Counted from the first letter of the stretch, positions 1 through 5,977 are shown. The stretch is 20,000 bases of DNA from an uncultured virus (IMG/VR IMGVR_UViG_3300022660_000072) (IMGVR_UViG_3300022660_000072), one strand, 5' to 3'. Made by a program: numbers and translations. The notes: generated by a model not told the origin, from the letters alone.

Positions 1-1
1 G

Positions 2-481
2 AACTCCTTTACCCACCAGGAGGAGAAAAGAGGAATCTATGTGTTTATTTACCCTGTTACGCTGATACCAAAAGATGGATATACCATTGAAAAGGTTGAA
101 GCTTTTTCCGGATTGAAGGTTTGTGTGAGAGAGCTAAAAAGGAATGCCCCAAAGTCCGTTGAATCCATATGGGAAAGACTGCAGGAAAGTATAGATATGC
201 TTGTCACCATGTTCGAAGATGGCAGAGTTGATCTAGTAGATAGCCACTTGAGAGCTACAGAGTGGACACCAATGGAAAAGTTTTATGTAGTATGCTCAGA
301 CAGGATTTGGAAAGACAAGCTTGTCTGTGAATGCAAGACCCTGCTTGAGACGGAGATTGTAGAAAACAAGTGGAATTCTCACTCAGATAAGATGAGAGTA
401 AGGACAGTAACGAAAAAGCCTAGTTATCCTGCTACATGGTACAAGGTTTCAGAAGATGGTTCAGTAGTAAAAACAAGGTAG
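2..481 (+). CDS. Hypothetical phage protein, 5'-truncated by the window edge
   Basis: Frame +2 is open from base 2 (NSFTHQEEKRGIYVFIYP...), so the track's GTG at 41 is probably internal. TAG at 479-481. Confidence 0.75.
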   Translation, partial: NSFTHQEEKRGIYVFIYPVTLIPKDGYTIEKVEAFSGLKVCVRELKRNAPKSVESIWERLQESIDMLVTMFEDGRVDLVDSHLRATEWTPMEKFYVVCSDRIWKDKLVCECKTLLETEIVENKWNSHSDKMRVRTVTKKPSYPATWYKVSEDGSVVKTR

Positions 482-483
482 AT

Positions 484-786
484 ATGGCAATGTACACGAT
501 GCAAGACTGGAGGAGAGACAAGGTTCTCAAGCTCACAGTAGGACAGGAAGTCGATGAACCGGTTGTATGGCAGTTAAGGGATTGTGTTCCTCCTGTCAAC
601 TGCACAAGAAGTTATCTGCAGGTTGGAGAAGCCAAGACCATAGATGAGGAGTTTGTCGATCTGTACGACACGTTCGAAAGAGACAGTGACAACAATGGAC
701 CTTGGGTTTATCTAGGAGCCTGCAGGATAGATGAAAGAAAGCCTAGAGAATGTTATTTTGAGAAGTATTACAAAATGAATAGTTAA
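484..786 (+). CDS. Hypothetical phage protein (100 aa; motif DCVPP...YLQVGE)
   Basis: ATG at 484 follows the upstream stop by 2 nt, a better start than the overlapping 436 start in the track. Confidence 0.8.
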   Translation: MAMYTMQDWRRDKVLKLTVGQEVDEPVVWQLRDCVPPVNCTRSYLQVGEAKTIDEEFVDLYDTFERDSDNNGPWVYLGACRIDERKPRECYFEKYYKMNS

Positions 787-790
787 AGAT

Positions 791-1117
791 ATGTTGACAT
801 TGAACATGCAGAACATGAAAGCCCGCAACATGGAGGAGCTTTCGAAGAATTTGAAGGAAGTGGCAGATTCCATTAAGGAAGGCTACAACACAGGAATAAT
901 GAGACCAGGCTGTATCTGGAAGATTGAAGGAGAAGAAGAGCCTGATGAGGAGGAAAAGGTCTTCTGTTTCAAATTCCGGTCTGAGGTTTTCATCAAGGCT
1001 AAAAGCAAGGATGAGGCAGAGCTTTATTTCGAAGGTCTAGAGCTGCTTAGTCCAGAAGCTATTGAACATGGTGGAGAGGTGTCTCCATATTACGAAGTTG
1101 AAAAATGTAAGGAGTAA
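791..1117 (+). CDS. Hypothetical protein, apparently two small domains joined by an acidic linker; C-terminal part DpnD/PcfM-like
   Basis: Tight packing; linker EGEEEPDEEE; C-terminal EVFIKAKSKDEA resembles the xVEAxxxEEA pattern. Confidence 0.75.
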   Translation: MLTLNMQNMKARNMEELSKNLKEVADSIKEGYNTGIMRPGCIWKIEGEEEPDEEEKVFCFKFRSEVFIKAKSKDEAELYFEGLELLSPEAIEHGGEVSPYYEVEKCKE

Positions 1118-1275
1118 TGGACATGGATCACATTGAAGTACAACAGGAGTATGAAACCCTCAAGGAGCAGCTAGGAGCAGAAGTCTTCCTTGAAGAATTG
1201 TATCAGGCTATGAATACAGATGAAGCCCATGTTTATTTCGAGCATGTTGCAAGAATGAATGACATAGAATTGTAA
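1117..1275 (+). CDS. Small acidic hypothetical protein (52 aa, MDMDHIEVQQEYETLKEQLGAEVFLEELYQAMNTDEAHVYFEHVARMNDIEL); not in ORF track
   Basis: TAATG stop/start overlap at 1115-1119; hand-translated; fills the gap exactly. Confidence 0.8.
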   Translation: MDMDHIEVQQEYETLKEQLGAEVFLEELYQAMNTDEAHVYFEHVARMNDIEL

Positions 1276-1278
1276 ATT

Positions 1279-1440
1279 ATGGCAAAGTTTGTTTTTTACA
1301 CCACCATGACAGAGTATGGAACGATTGAGGTGGAGGCTAAGACCTTGAAAGAGGCAGAGAAGTTAGCCTGGGAGATGGAAGGAAAGTATTGTCCACATCA
1401 GAACATAGTAGAAGATATTGAACAGAAGTTAACATTTTAA
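1279..1440 (+). CDS. Small DpnD/PcfM-like protein (53 aa, MAKFVFYTTMTEYGTIEVEAKTLKEAEKLAWEMEGK...); not in ORF track
   Basis: Hand-translated; 3-nt gaps on both sides; IEVEAKTLKEA motif. Confidence 0.8.
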   Translation: MAKFVFYTTMTEYGTIEVEAKTLKEAEKLAWEMEGKYCPHQNIVEDIEQKLTF

Positions 1441-1443
1441 GTT

Positions 1444-1602
1444 ATGATAAGATTAGTTGACACATGTTTCGGCGTATTCAAGGTAGAGAACGGAACAGCC
1501 ACATCATTGAAAGATGACCAGTTTTACTACAATATCCCCAATGGTATGAGGGATGAAGACATACAGGCTTACTTTGAGCTCCTAATGGAGTATGAAGCCT
1601 AG
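1444..1602 (+). CDS. Small hypothetical protein (52 aa, MIRLVDTCFGVFKVENGTATSLKDDQFYYNIPNGMRDEDIQAYFELLMEYEA); not in ORF track
   Basis: Hand-translated; start context TAAGTTATG matches the recurrent initiation motif. Confidence 0.8.
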   Translation: MIRLVDTCFGVFKVENGTATSLKDDQFYYNIPNGMRDEDIQAYFELLMEYEA

Positions 1603-1641
1603 GTTTTATAGATTTATATTTTTATAGAAAAAAGTAGAGTT

Positions 1642-2037
1642 ATGAAATTGATTTATTTGGTAGATGGAGTTGATAAAGGCATGTTTTCCGGAGAAGAAAA
1701 GGAAGGTATCTTCTTACAGAGGCTTGTCTTTGAATTCCAGTCTGGAAGAAATGATGGATACTTCATATCCAAAGTCCATGAAAAAGAGTACCAAGAATGG
1801 TATAAGAACCTTCCCGAAGAAAACGTATGCTATTGCACCTTCGATAGGTTGTACAATAAGACTATCAAGTATGACAAGCAGAAGACCTTGTTTCTCCTGG
1901 CTTACAGCTTTGAGAACAGCTTCCAAGGAAGTTCGGGTTATGTAAAGTTCAGCAGTAAGAGAATGCAGAGGCTTTACCTGGCATGGGTTGATGAAAGAAA
2001 TCGAAAGATGGAGGTTTTGTACAGGTCCAAAAAGTAA
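1642..2037 (+). CDS. Hypothetical phage protein (131 aa)
   Basis: ORF track; start context AAAGTAGAGTTATG. Confidence 0.8.
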   Translation: MKLIYLVDGVDKGMFSGEEKEGIFLQRLVFEFQSGRNDGYFISKVHEKEYQEWYKNLPEENVCYCTFDRLYNKTIKYDKQKTLFLLAYSFENSFQGSSGYVKFSSKRMQRLYLAWVDERNRKMEVLYRSKK

Positions 2038-2064
2038 TGAAAAGTTCATTTTGAATAAAAATGT

Positions 2065-2131
2065 CATAACTTGCATAAAATCAGCATGTTATGTGTCGGT
2101 AATTCAAAATTCATGCTTACCTTTACATAAG
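2065..2131 (+). promoter_or_regulatory. Putative early promoter (TACCTTTACAT, variant of Bacteroidetes TAnnTTTG) with upstream inverted repeat
   Basis: ATGCTTACCTTTACATAAG at 2113-2131 is 17/19 identical to 4117-4135. IR CATAACTTGC (2065-2074) / GCATGTTATG (2084-2093). Lies in an AT-rich intergenic gap. Confidence 0.65.
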
Positions 2132-2149
2132 AAATCAAAATAGTAAGTT

Positions 2150-2419
2150 ATGATAGAGTCCAATTTGAAGCATGTCGCAGTTTACGACAAATATTTCAAG
2201 AAGGTGCTTTTGGCAGATTACGTGACAGACTACAGAGGTGTATCATATTATACGCTTAAGTACGCTGATATTGTCAGAAGGAATGACGGAAAGAGAGTTC
2301 CTGGTCCTATAAGTTATAGTAAGTCTGAAAACGGCACAGTAATTCCTAGGAGAGTAAAAAGGATACAAGATATTGAAGTTTTGGCGAAGGAGATTGGTCT
2401 TGTGCATTTTGAATTTTAG
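2150..2419 (+). CDS. Hypothetical phage protein (89 aa, basic)
   Basis: ORF track; AGTAAGTTATG start context. Confidence 0.8.
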   Translation: MIESNLKHVAVYDKYFKKVLLADYVTDYRGVSYYTLKYADIVRRNDGKRVPGPISYSKSENGTVIPRRVKRIQDIEVLAKEIGLVHFEF

Positions 2420-2431
2420 ATTGATAAAGAT

Positions 2432-2650
2432 ATGAGCAAGTTGTATTTGTTGGAGTGGTATCTCACTCTTGAAGGTAAGAAGAAAAGAAGATTGTTTTCA
2501 GACAAGGATGTAGCAGATGAGAAGTATCAGGAGTTGAAAGGTTCGATCCGTCACGGATGGCTATCTCTCAAGGAGCTTTTTGAAAGCAACATCGAAGAAG
2601 GTTTTGAAGAAGGAGAAGTTCTCCATTATAACGATATAAACAGACTGTAG
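2432..2650 (+). CDS. Hypothetical phage protein (72 aa)
   Basis: ORF track; tight packing. Confidence 0.75.
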   Translation: MSKLYLLEWYLTLEGKKKRRLFSDKDVADEKYQELKGSIRHGWLSLKELFESNIEEGFEEGEVLHYNDINRL

Positions 2651-2669
2651 AACAGAAGTAGAGAAAGAA

Positions 2670-2936
2670 ATGAAGAAGATTGGAAACATCAGCATGGATC
2701 CTGCTGTGATTGTAGACACCGAGGTGTATGCGCAGGACCTTGACAACGCAAAGAAGATAGCCAAGGTATTCATAGAAGAATCGGCAAGATTTGAGTTTGT
2801 GAGCCAGGGCGAATGTGGAAAGAACTGTTTTCGTATCAAGACGGAGTGTTTCGGCACGGTTGCTGATATGCTTGACATCGCAAAGTATAGAAGATGCAAG
2901 TTCAAGGCAGTTGTCACTCCGGTAATAGCAGTTTAA
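2670..2936 (+). CDS. Hypothetical phage protein (88 aa)
   Basis: ORF track; A-rich leader, tight packing. Confidence 0.75.
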   Translation: MKKIGNISMDPAVIVDTEVYAQDLDNAKKIAKVFIEESARFEFVSQGECGKNCFRIKTECFGTVADMLDIAKYRRCKFKAVVTPVIAV

Positions 2937-2963
2937 GTGTAACGGCTCAAAGAAAAGTAAGTT

Positions 2964-3560
2964 ATGGAAAAGAAGTCGAAGTTGTTTGACGACATGATGT
3001 CAGAGTACAGAAAAAAGGAGACTCACGAACTAGCCGGCATCCTAGGAGTGGAGATGAAGAAGTACCAAACGCTTCCATTGGAGGCAATCATAGGCAATGT
3101 ATCTCCAACCCAACAGCCAGTTGTAAAGGCCGCTATTGGTCTTTATGAAAGATTAAGAGTCTACAATCAACCTGCTCCAATAAGGGGAGTAGAAGATGTT
3201 GTCCCTATACTCAGATCAGTTCTGGCAGGGCGCGAGGAGTACAGAGACGAGGTGTGGTGTATCACTTTAGACAGAATGCATTGTATCAAGAGCATTGATG
3301 CATGCTTCTTCGGAAAGTTCGAATTTTCAAGATTTGCCCCAATGTACATCTGCAAGAATGTGATTGAAAACAAAGGAGAAGCTGCCATATTAGCACAAAG
3401 TTGTAAGGATGAAGACCTGCTTCCAAGTAGGGATGTGATAGATAAGGTCAGAAGTGTGAAGAATGCATTGAGTTCAGTTGGCATTGCTCTTACAGACCAT
3501 GTGATGGTTACGAATGAAGGCGTGTGCTACTCGTTCGCAGAAGAAAAGTGTTTCAAGTAA
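2964..3560 (+). CDS. RadC-like JAB/MPN-domain protein with degenerate metal-binding site
   Basis: RadC-like features: EVWCITLD, AAIL..., LLPSRD, ALSSVGIALTDHVMV...YSFAE. The expected HNHPSG reads AQSCKD. Confidence 0.85.
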   Translation: MEKKSKLFDDMMSEYRKKETHELAGILGVEMKKYQTLPLEAIIGNVSPTQQPVVKAAIGLYERLRVYNQPAPIRGVEDVVPILRSVLAGREEYRDEVWCITLDRMHCIKSIDACFFGKFEFSRFAPMYICKNVIENKGEAAILAQSCKDEDLLPSRDVIDKVRSVKNALSSVGIALTDHVMVTNEGVCYSFAEEKCFK

Positions 3561-3571
3561 GTCAATAAGAT

Positions 3572-3817
3572 ATGGTAGACATTGCAATTTTGGATTACAG
3601 CGTAAGTGAAGTGATACTTCTGAAAGCTGACGAAAAGATTGTTGAACGTGACTTCAACAACGATGTTGCAGCATTTATTCAGGCACCTATAAGTCAAGGA
3701 GGGCTTGGTTTTGATCTTGATAGCTGCTATTACATGTGCAGTGAGAAGATAAGAGTTATCTGTCCGTTCGGAAGCCCAGAAGGTGGAATGGAGATTGGCT
3801 GTGATTCAACTCACTAG
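3572..3817 (+). CDS. Hypothetical phage protein (81 aa)
   Basis: ORF track; preceded by AGTAAGT (3556-3562). Confidence 0.75.
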   Translation: MVDIAILDYSVSEVILLKADEKIVERDFNNDVAAFIQAPISQGGLGFDLDSCYYMCSEKIRVICPFGSPEGGMEIGCDSTH

Positions 3818-3994
3818 TAGTCAGGTGGTTATGACGGCTGTGAAGGTCCCCAGGCTTTCTCAGTTTGCTCATATAAAAAGGGATTCAAGTGCAAGAGTAG
3901 CAATAAGTTGTGTGATGTATGGCACGTGTTTTGTCTTTTGCGATGTTGAGTTCGTTAATCTATATGAAGGCGTTGGTAGAGGAGTTTTCTTGTC

Positions 3995-4030
3995 AGGGTA
4001 GGGACGGATAGTCCCCACCCTTTTTGTTTG
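3995..4030 (+). terminator. Intrinsic terminator
   Basis: GGGTAGGGAC-GGATA-GTCCCCACCC stem (one mismatch) followed by TTTTTGTTTG. Confidence 0.85.
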
Positions 4031-4084
4031 TCATTCAGAACGTAGCTGAGACCAATGTAAAAACTTGTTAAATCATTGAAAAAT

Positions 4085-4135
4085 AATGTTTTACAATGGC
4101 TCGTTGAAAAACATTTATGCGTACCTTTACATTAG
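4085..4135 (+). promoter_or_regulatory. Putative early promoter (TACCTTTACAT) with upstream inverted repeat
   Basis: ATGCGTACCTTTACATTAG at 4117-4135. IR AATGTTTTACAA (4085-4096) / TTGAAAAACATT (4104-4115), 11/12 match. Directly downstream of a terminator. Confidence 0.7.
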
Positions 4136-4145
4136 CTAAAAGAAA

Positions 4146-4156
4146 GTTCTTTGAAA
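4146..4156 (+). promoter_or_regulatory. boxA-like antitermination element GTTCTTTGAAA
   Basis: Resembles the Nus boxA consensus (GYTCTTTRAMA); about 10 nt downstream of the putative promoter. Confidence 0.5.
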
Positions 4157-4162
4157 AGCTGG

Positions 4163-4193
4163 AAAAAAGAAAGCCTCTCCCAAGGGAAGAGGC
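4163..4193 (-). terminator. Intrinsic terminator on the minus strand
   Basis: GCCTCTCC/GGAAGAGGC stem (4173-4193), followed on the minus strand by TTTCTTTTTT (4172-4163). Confidence 0.7.
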
Positions 4194-4249
4194 GAGGTAG
4201 TGGAGGAACGCCTTAAGAATTTGTCCTCCGGAACTTAATCTTCGCTGTT

Positions 4250-4309
4250 ATGAGAATAAGAATCTCTATCAGACTTGGCAGATGGACATTTGTAGTTACT
4301 AACTACTAG
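4250..4309 (+). CDS. 19-aa basic/hydrophobic peptide MRIRISIRLGRWTFVVTNY (candidate type I toxin or leader peptide); not in ORF track
   Basis: Hand-translated; GTTATG start context as in other genes; buried in nested stems. Confidence 0.6.
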   Translation: MRIRISIRLGRWTFVVTNY

Positions 4310-4376
4310 TGCCAAGGGCGAGGGGTCAGTTTCCGGCTCTCCCCTCGCTGAAGATTAAGATTTCATTCTCCAGCCC

Positions 4377-4386
4377 TGCAAAGATA
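4377..4386 (-). promoter_or_regulatory. Bacteroidetes -7 promoter element TATCTTTGCA, firing leftward
   Basis: Plus strand TGCAAAGATA gives TAnnTTTG on the minus strand; intergenic; no clear -33 TTTG. Confidence 0.65.
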
Positions 4387-4403
4387 GTAAAAAAGTAAGT
4401 TGT

Positions 4404-4583
4404 ATGAAGAAAGTTAGAAGAATCCCACGTGAAAGAATCCCTGCGTTTATTGCATATGCCCTTGTTGCCGTTTGTGTGATTGGTGGCTTCACAGCAGGAA
4501 AGCACTGTTTGTTTACCGGAGGAGCGATGTACATCATTGGAATGATTCTCGATCCGAAGTCAGACCTTTATAGAAAGGACTAA
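4404..4583 (+). CDS. Small membrane protein (59 aa, MKKVRRIPRERIPAFIAYALVAVCVIGGFTAGKHCLFTGGAMYIIGMILDPKSDLYRKD); not in ORF track
   Basis: Hand-translated; AGTAAGT at 4394-4400; basic N-terminus and two hydrophobic segments; stop 3 nt before the next ATG. Confidence 0.8.
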   Translation: MKKVRRIPRERIPAFIAYALVAVCVIGGFTAGKHCLFTGGAMYIIGMILDPKSDLYRKD

Positions 4584-4586
4584 GCC

Positions 4587-4871
4587 ATGAATGAGAAGCT
4601 GTTGAGTAAGATTCTTACCCCAAGAATCAACAGGTGGAAGATGTTGAATGAAAAGGGCAGGAGAATCGAAGCCAAGATAGAGATAGCAAGGTACTTCGCC
4701 CTTAACATAGATGGCAAGCCTTTCGAAGAAGTCTATAAGGAGCTACAAGGTGCTCAAAAGCAAGGTGCATACATTATCTCCACCGAACTGTTCCTAGACA
4801 ATATTATGCTTTCTAAGTTGAGCTATGAATGGGGAGACGAAGTTTACCACATGATGAAAGAATGTATTTAG
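4587..4871 (+). CDS. Hypothetical phage protein (94 aa)
   Basis: ORF track; tight packing. Confidence 0.75.
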   Translation: MNEKLLSKILTPRINRWKMLNEKGRRIEAKIEIARYFALNIDGKPFEEVYKELQGAQKQGAYIISTELFLDNIMLSKLSYEWGDEVYHMMKECI

Positions 4872-4895
4872 TATAAACCCAAAACAAAGTAAGTT

Positions 4896-5216
4896 ATGAA
4901 GAAGTTGACATTTGAACAGGTGTACAAAAGGTTCGTTAAGCACAACGAGGAGAAAAAGGTGACAAGCCAGTATTCTGCCTCAAAGTCTAACAGACTAGTA
5001 GGAGTTGTTGTTTTCAAGGAAGATAACTGGCCAGGCAAAGATTACAGCCTAGAGTCAAGGTCCTATCAGTTCGTTAGTGACAACAAGTATTTCATCCCAG
5101 GTCTTGGTGGTAATTCGATTTTCGCTGATTGCATGGATGGTTCAGAGGAAGGAATAAGGCTTGACTTTTACCTCAGTTCTTGGGAGATTGACTACTGTTA
5201 CATAGAAGGAGAGTAA
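4896..5216 (+). CDS. Conserved-looking hypothetical mobile-element protein (YSLESRSY...SDNK...GGNSIF..C.DG)
   Basis: ORF track; AGTAAGTTATG start context. Confidence 0.85.
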   Translation: MKKLTFEQVYKRFVKHNEEKKVTSQYSASKSNRLVGVVVFKEDNWPGKDYSLESRSYQFVSDNKYFIPGLGGNSIFADCMDGSEEGIRLDFYLSSWEIDYCYIEGE

Positions 5217-5219
5217 GGC

Positions 5220-5378
5220 ATGGATAGAGTAAACACGAATCAGCGATTGGTCTCAAGAGAGAGGGCAATCGAAATAACCATGAATGTGAATGGAGTCACA
5301 CGTGGAATGGCAGAAAGGTACACAGACAGTGAGCTGAAAGAAGTATTGAGATTGGTAAGGATGAAGCCGGCATTTTAG
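5220..5378 (+). CDS. Small hypothetical protein (52 aa, MDRVNTNQRLVSRERAIEITMNVNGVTRGMAERYTDSELKEVLRLVRMKPAF); not in ORF track
   Basis: Hand-translated; fills the 5217-5380 gap with 3-nt and 2-nt spacers. Confidence 0.8.
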   Translation: MDRVNTNQRLVSRERAIEITMNVNGVTRGMAERYTDSELKEVLRLVRMKPAF

Positions 5379-5380
5379 TT

Positions 5381-5755
5381 ATGGGAAACAGAGTATATGA
5401 TATGGCGATGGAACTCCTCCAGGAGGAGGCATACGCAATGCATGAGTCATACAACAACGAACAGATAGCAGAGTGTGTTCAGAAGATTGTAGGCAGGTTG
5501 AACAGGCATGGTCACAAGTATTCGCAGACTATCACTGCAGACCTGGGATTGCTCCAGATCAAGGTCAAGAATGCAAGTTCAAGGAACGGAGGCTCGTTCG
5601 TTTCTGTGTCTGATGAGACTGCTACCTATGTGGCGAGGTCACTATCGGAAATCATAGATGTGAGTGTTGTTTGCACCGAAGATGAGGTCAAGGGTCTCAT
5701 AGAAATGATGGATGAAGCTTTCTTTGCATTGAAAGACAGAGACCGGAGTTTTTAG
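5381..5755 (+). CDS. Hypothetical phage protein (124 aa)
   Basis: ORF track; AGTTATG start context. Confidence 0.8.
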   Translation: MGNRVYDMAMELLQEEAYAMHESYNNEQIAECVQKIVGRLNRHGHKYSQTITADLGLLQIKVKNASSRNGGSFVSVSDETATYVARSLSEIIDVSVVCTEDEVKGLIEMMDEAFFALKDRDRSF

Positions 5756-5764
5756 GCAAAGTTA
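5755..5764 (-). promoter_or_regulatory. Bacteroidetes -7 element TAACTTTGCC, firing leftward and divergent from the structural promoter
   Basis: Plus strand GGCAAAGTTA gives TAnnTTTG on the minus strand, at the left edge of the intergenic region. Confidence 0.55.
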
Positions 5765-5832
5765 CCCCATGAAAGTGGCTGTTTTAGCCTAAATAGGTCA
5801 GTAAAAACAAGTTGAGCAATAAAATCTTTTAG

Positions 5833-5861
5833 AAAGTGTTGCATTTTGCAACACTTTTTTT
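5833..5861. promoter_or_regulatory. Perfect 11-bp inverted repeat (operator and/or terminator)
   Basis: AAAGTGTTGCA-TTT-TGCAACACTTT (5833-5857) running into a T tract; overlaps the -33 region of the structural promoter. Confidence 0.75.
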
Positions 5862-5862
5862 A

Positions 5863-5870
5863 TACCTTTG
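5863..5870 (+). promoter_or_regulatory. Bacteroidetes -7 element TACCTTTG for the structural operon
   Basis: Matches TAnnTTTG, with TTG at 5839-5841 (21-nt spacer); about 110 nt upstream of the scaffold ATG. Confidence 0.75.
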
Positions 5871-5902
5871 TCGCAAGCTATTCCAGAAAAGTAGGCTACT
5901 AC

Positions 5903-5977
5903 CTTTCATAACTTACTGGCTAGGGGTCTGCTGTTCTCAAGATAGCAGACCCTATAATAAAAAAAGTAAGTTAAAAG
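5903..5977 (+). promoter_or_regulatory. Structured 5' leader of the structural operon, sequestering the scaffold initiation region
   Basis: Inner stem GGGTCTGCT (5924-5932) / AGCAGACCC (5944-5952). Outer pairing TAACTTACT (5909-5917) / AGTAAGTTA (5965-5973) plus CTTT (5903-5906) / AAAG (5974-5977). Confidence 0.65.

Larger units (their letters stand above)
4163..4372 (-). ncRNA. Putative ~210-nt cis-antisense RNA (antitoxin-like)
   Basis: Bounded by the minus-strand promoter TATCTTTGCA (4386-4377) and the minus-strand terminator; no meaningful minus-strand ORF inside; ends are approximate. Confidence 0.55.

Noticed and set aside
1603..1641. AT-rich gap with TTTTATAGA direct repeat as a promoter
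   Set aside because: No TAnnTTTG or TACCTTTA match; the repeat is low-complexity and plausible by chance.
3783..4001. 72-aa ORF overlapping 3572-3817
   Set aside because: It overlaps the upstream gene, has atypical composition, and stops inside the terminator stem; treated as probably non-coding.
4355..4537. 60-aa minus-strand ORF
   Set aside because: Shadow of the better-supported plus-strand membrane ORF 4404-4583.
5829..5909. 26-aa minus-strand ORF MKGSSLLFWNSLRQRYKKSVAKCNTF starting at AGTAAGTTATG
   Set aside because: It runs through the promoter and palindrome and has no visible minus-strand promoter upstream. Not called as a CDS, but it remains the main alternative explanation of the anti-motif.
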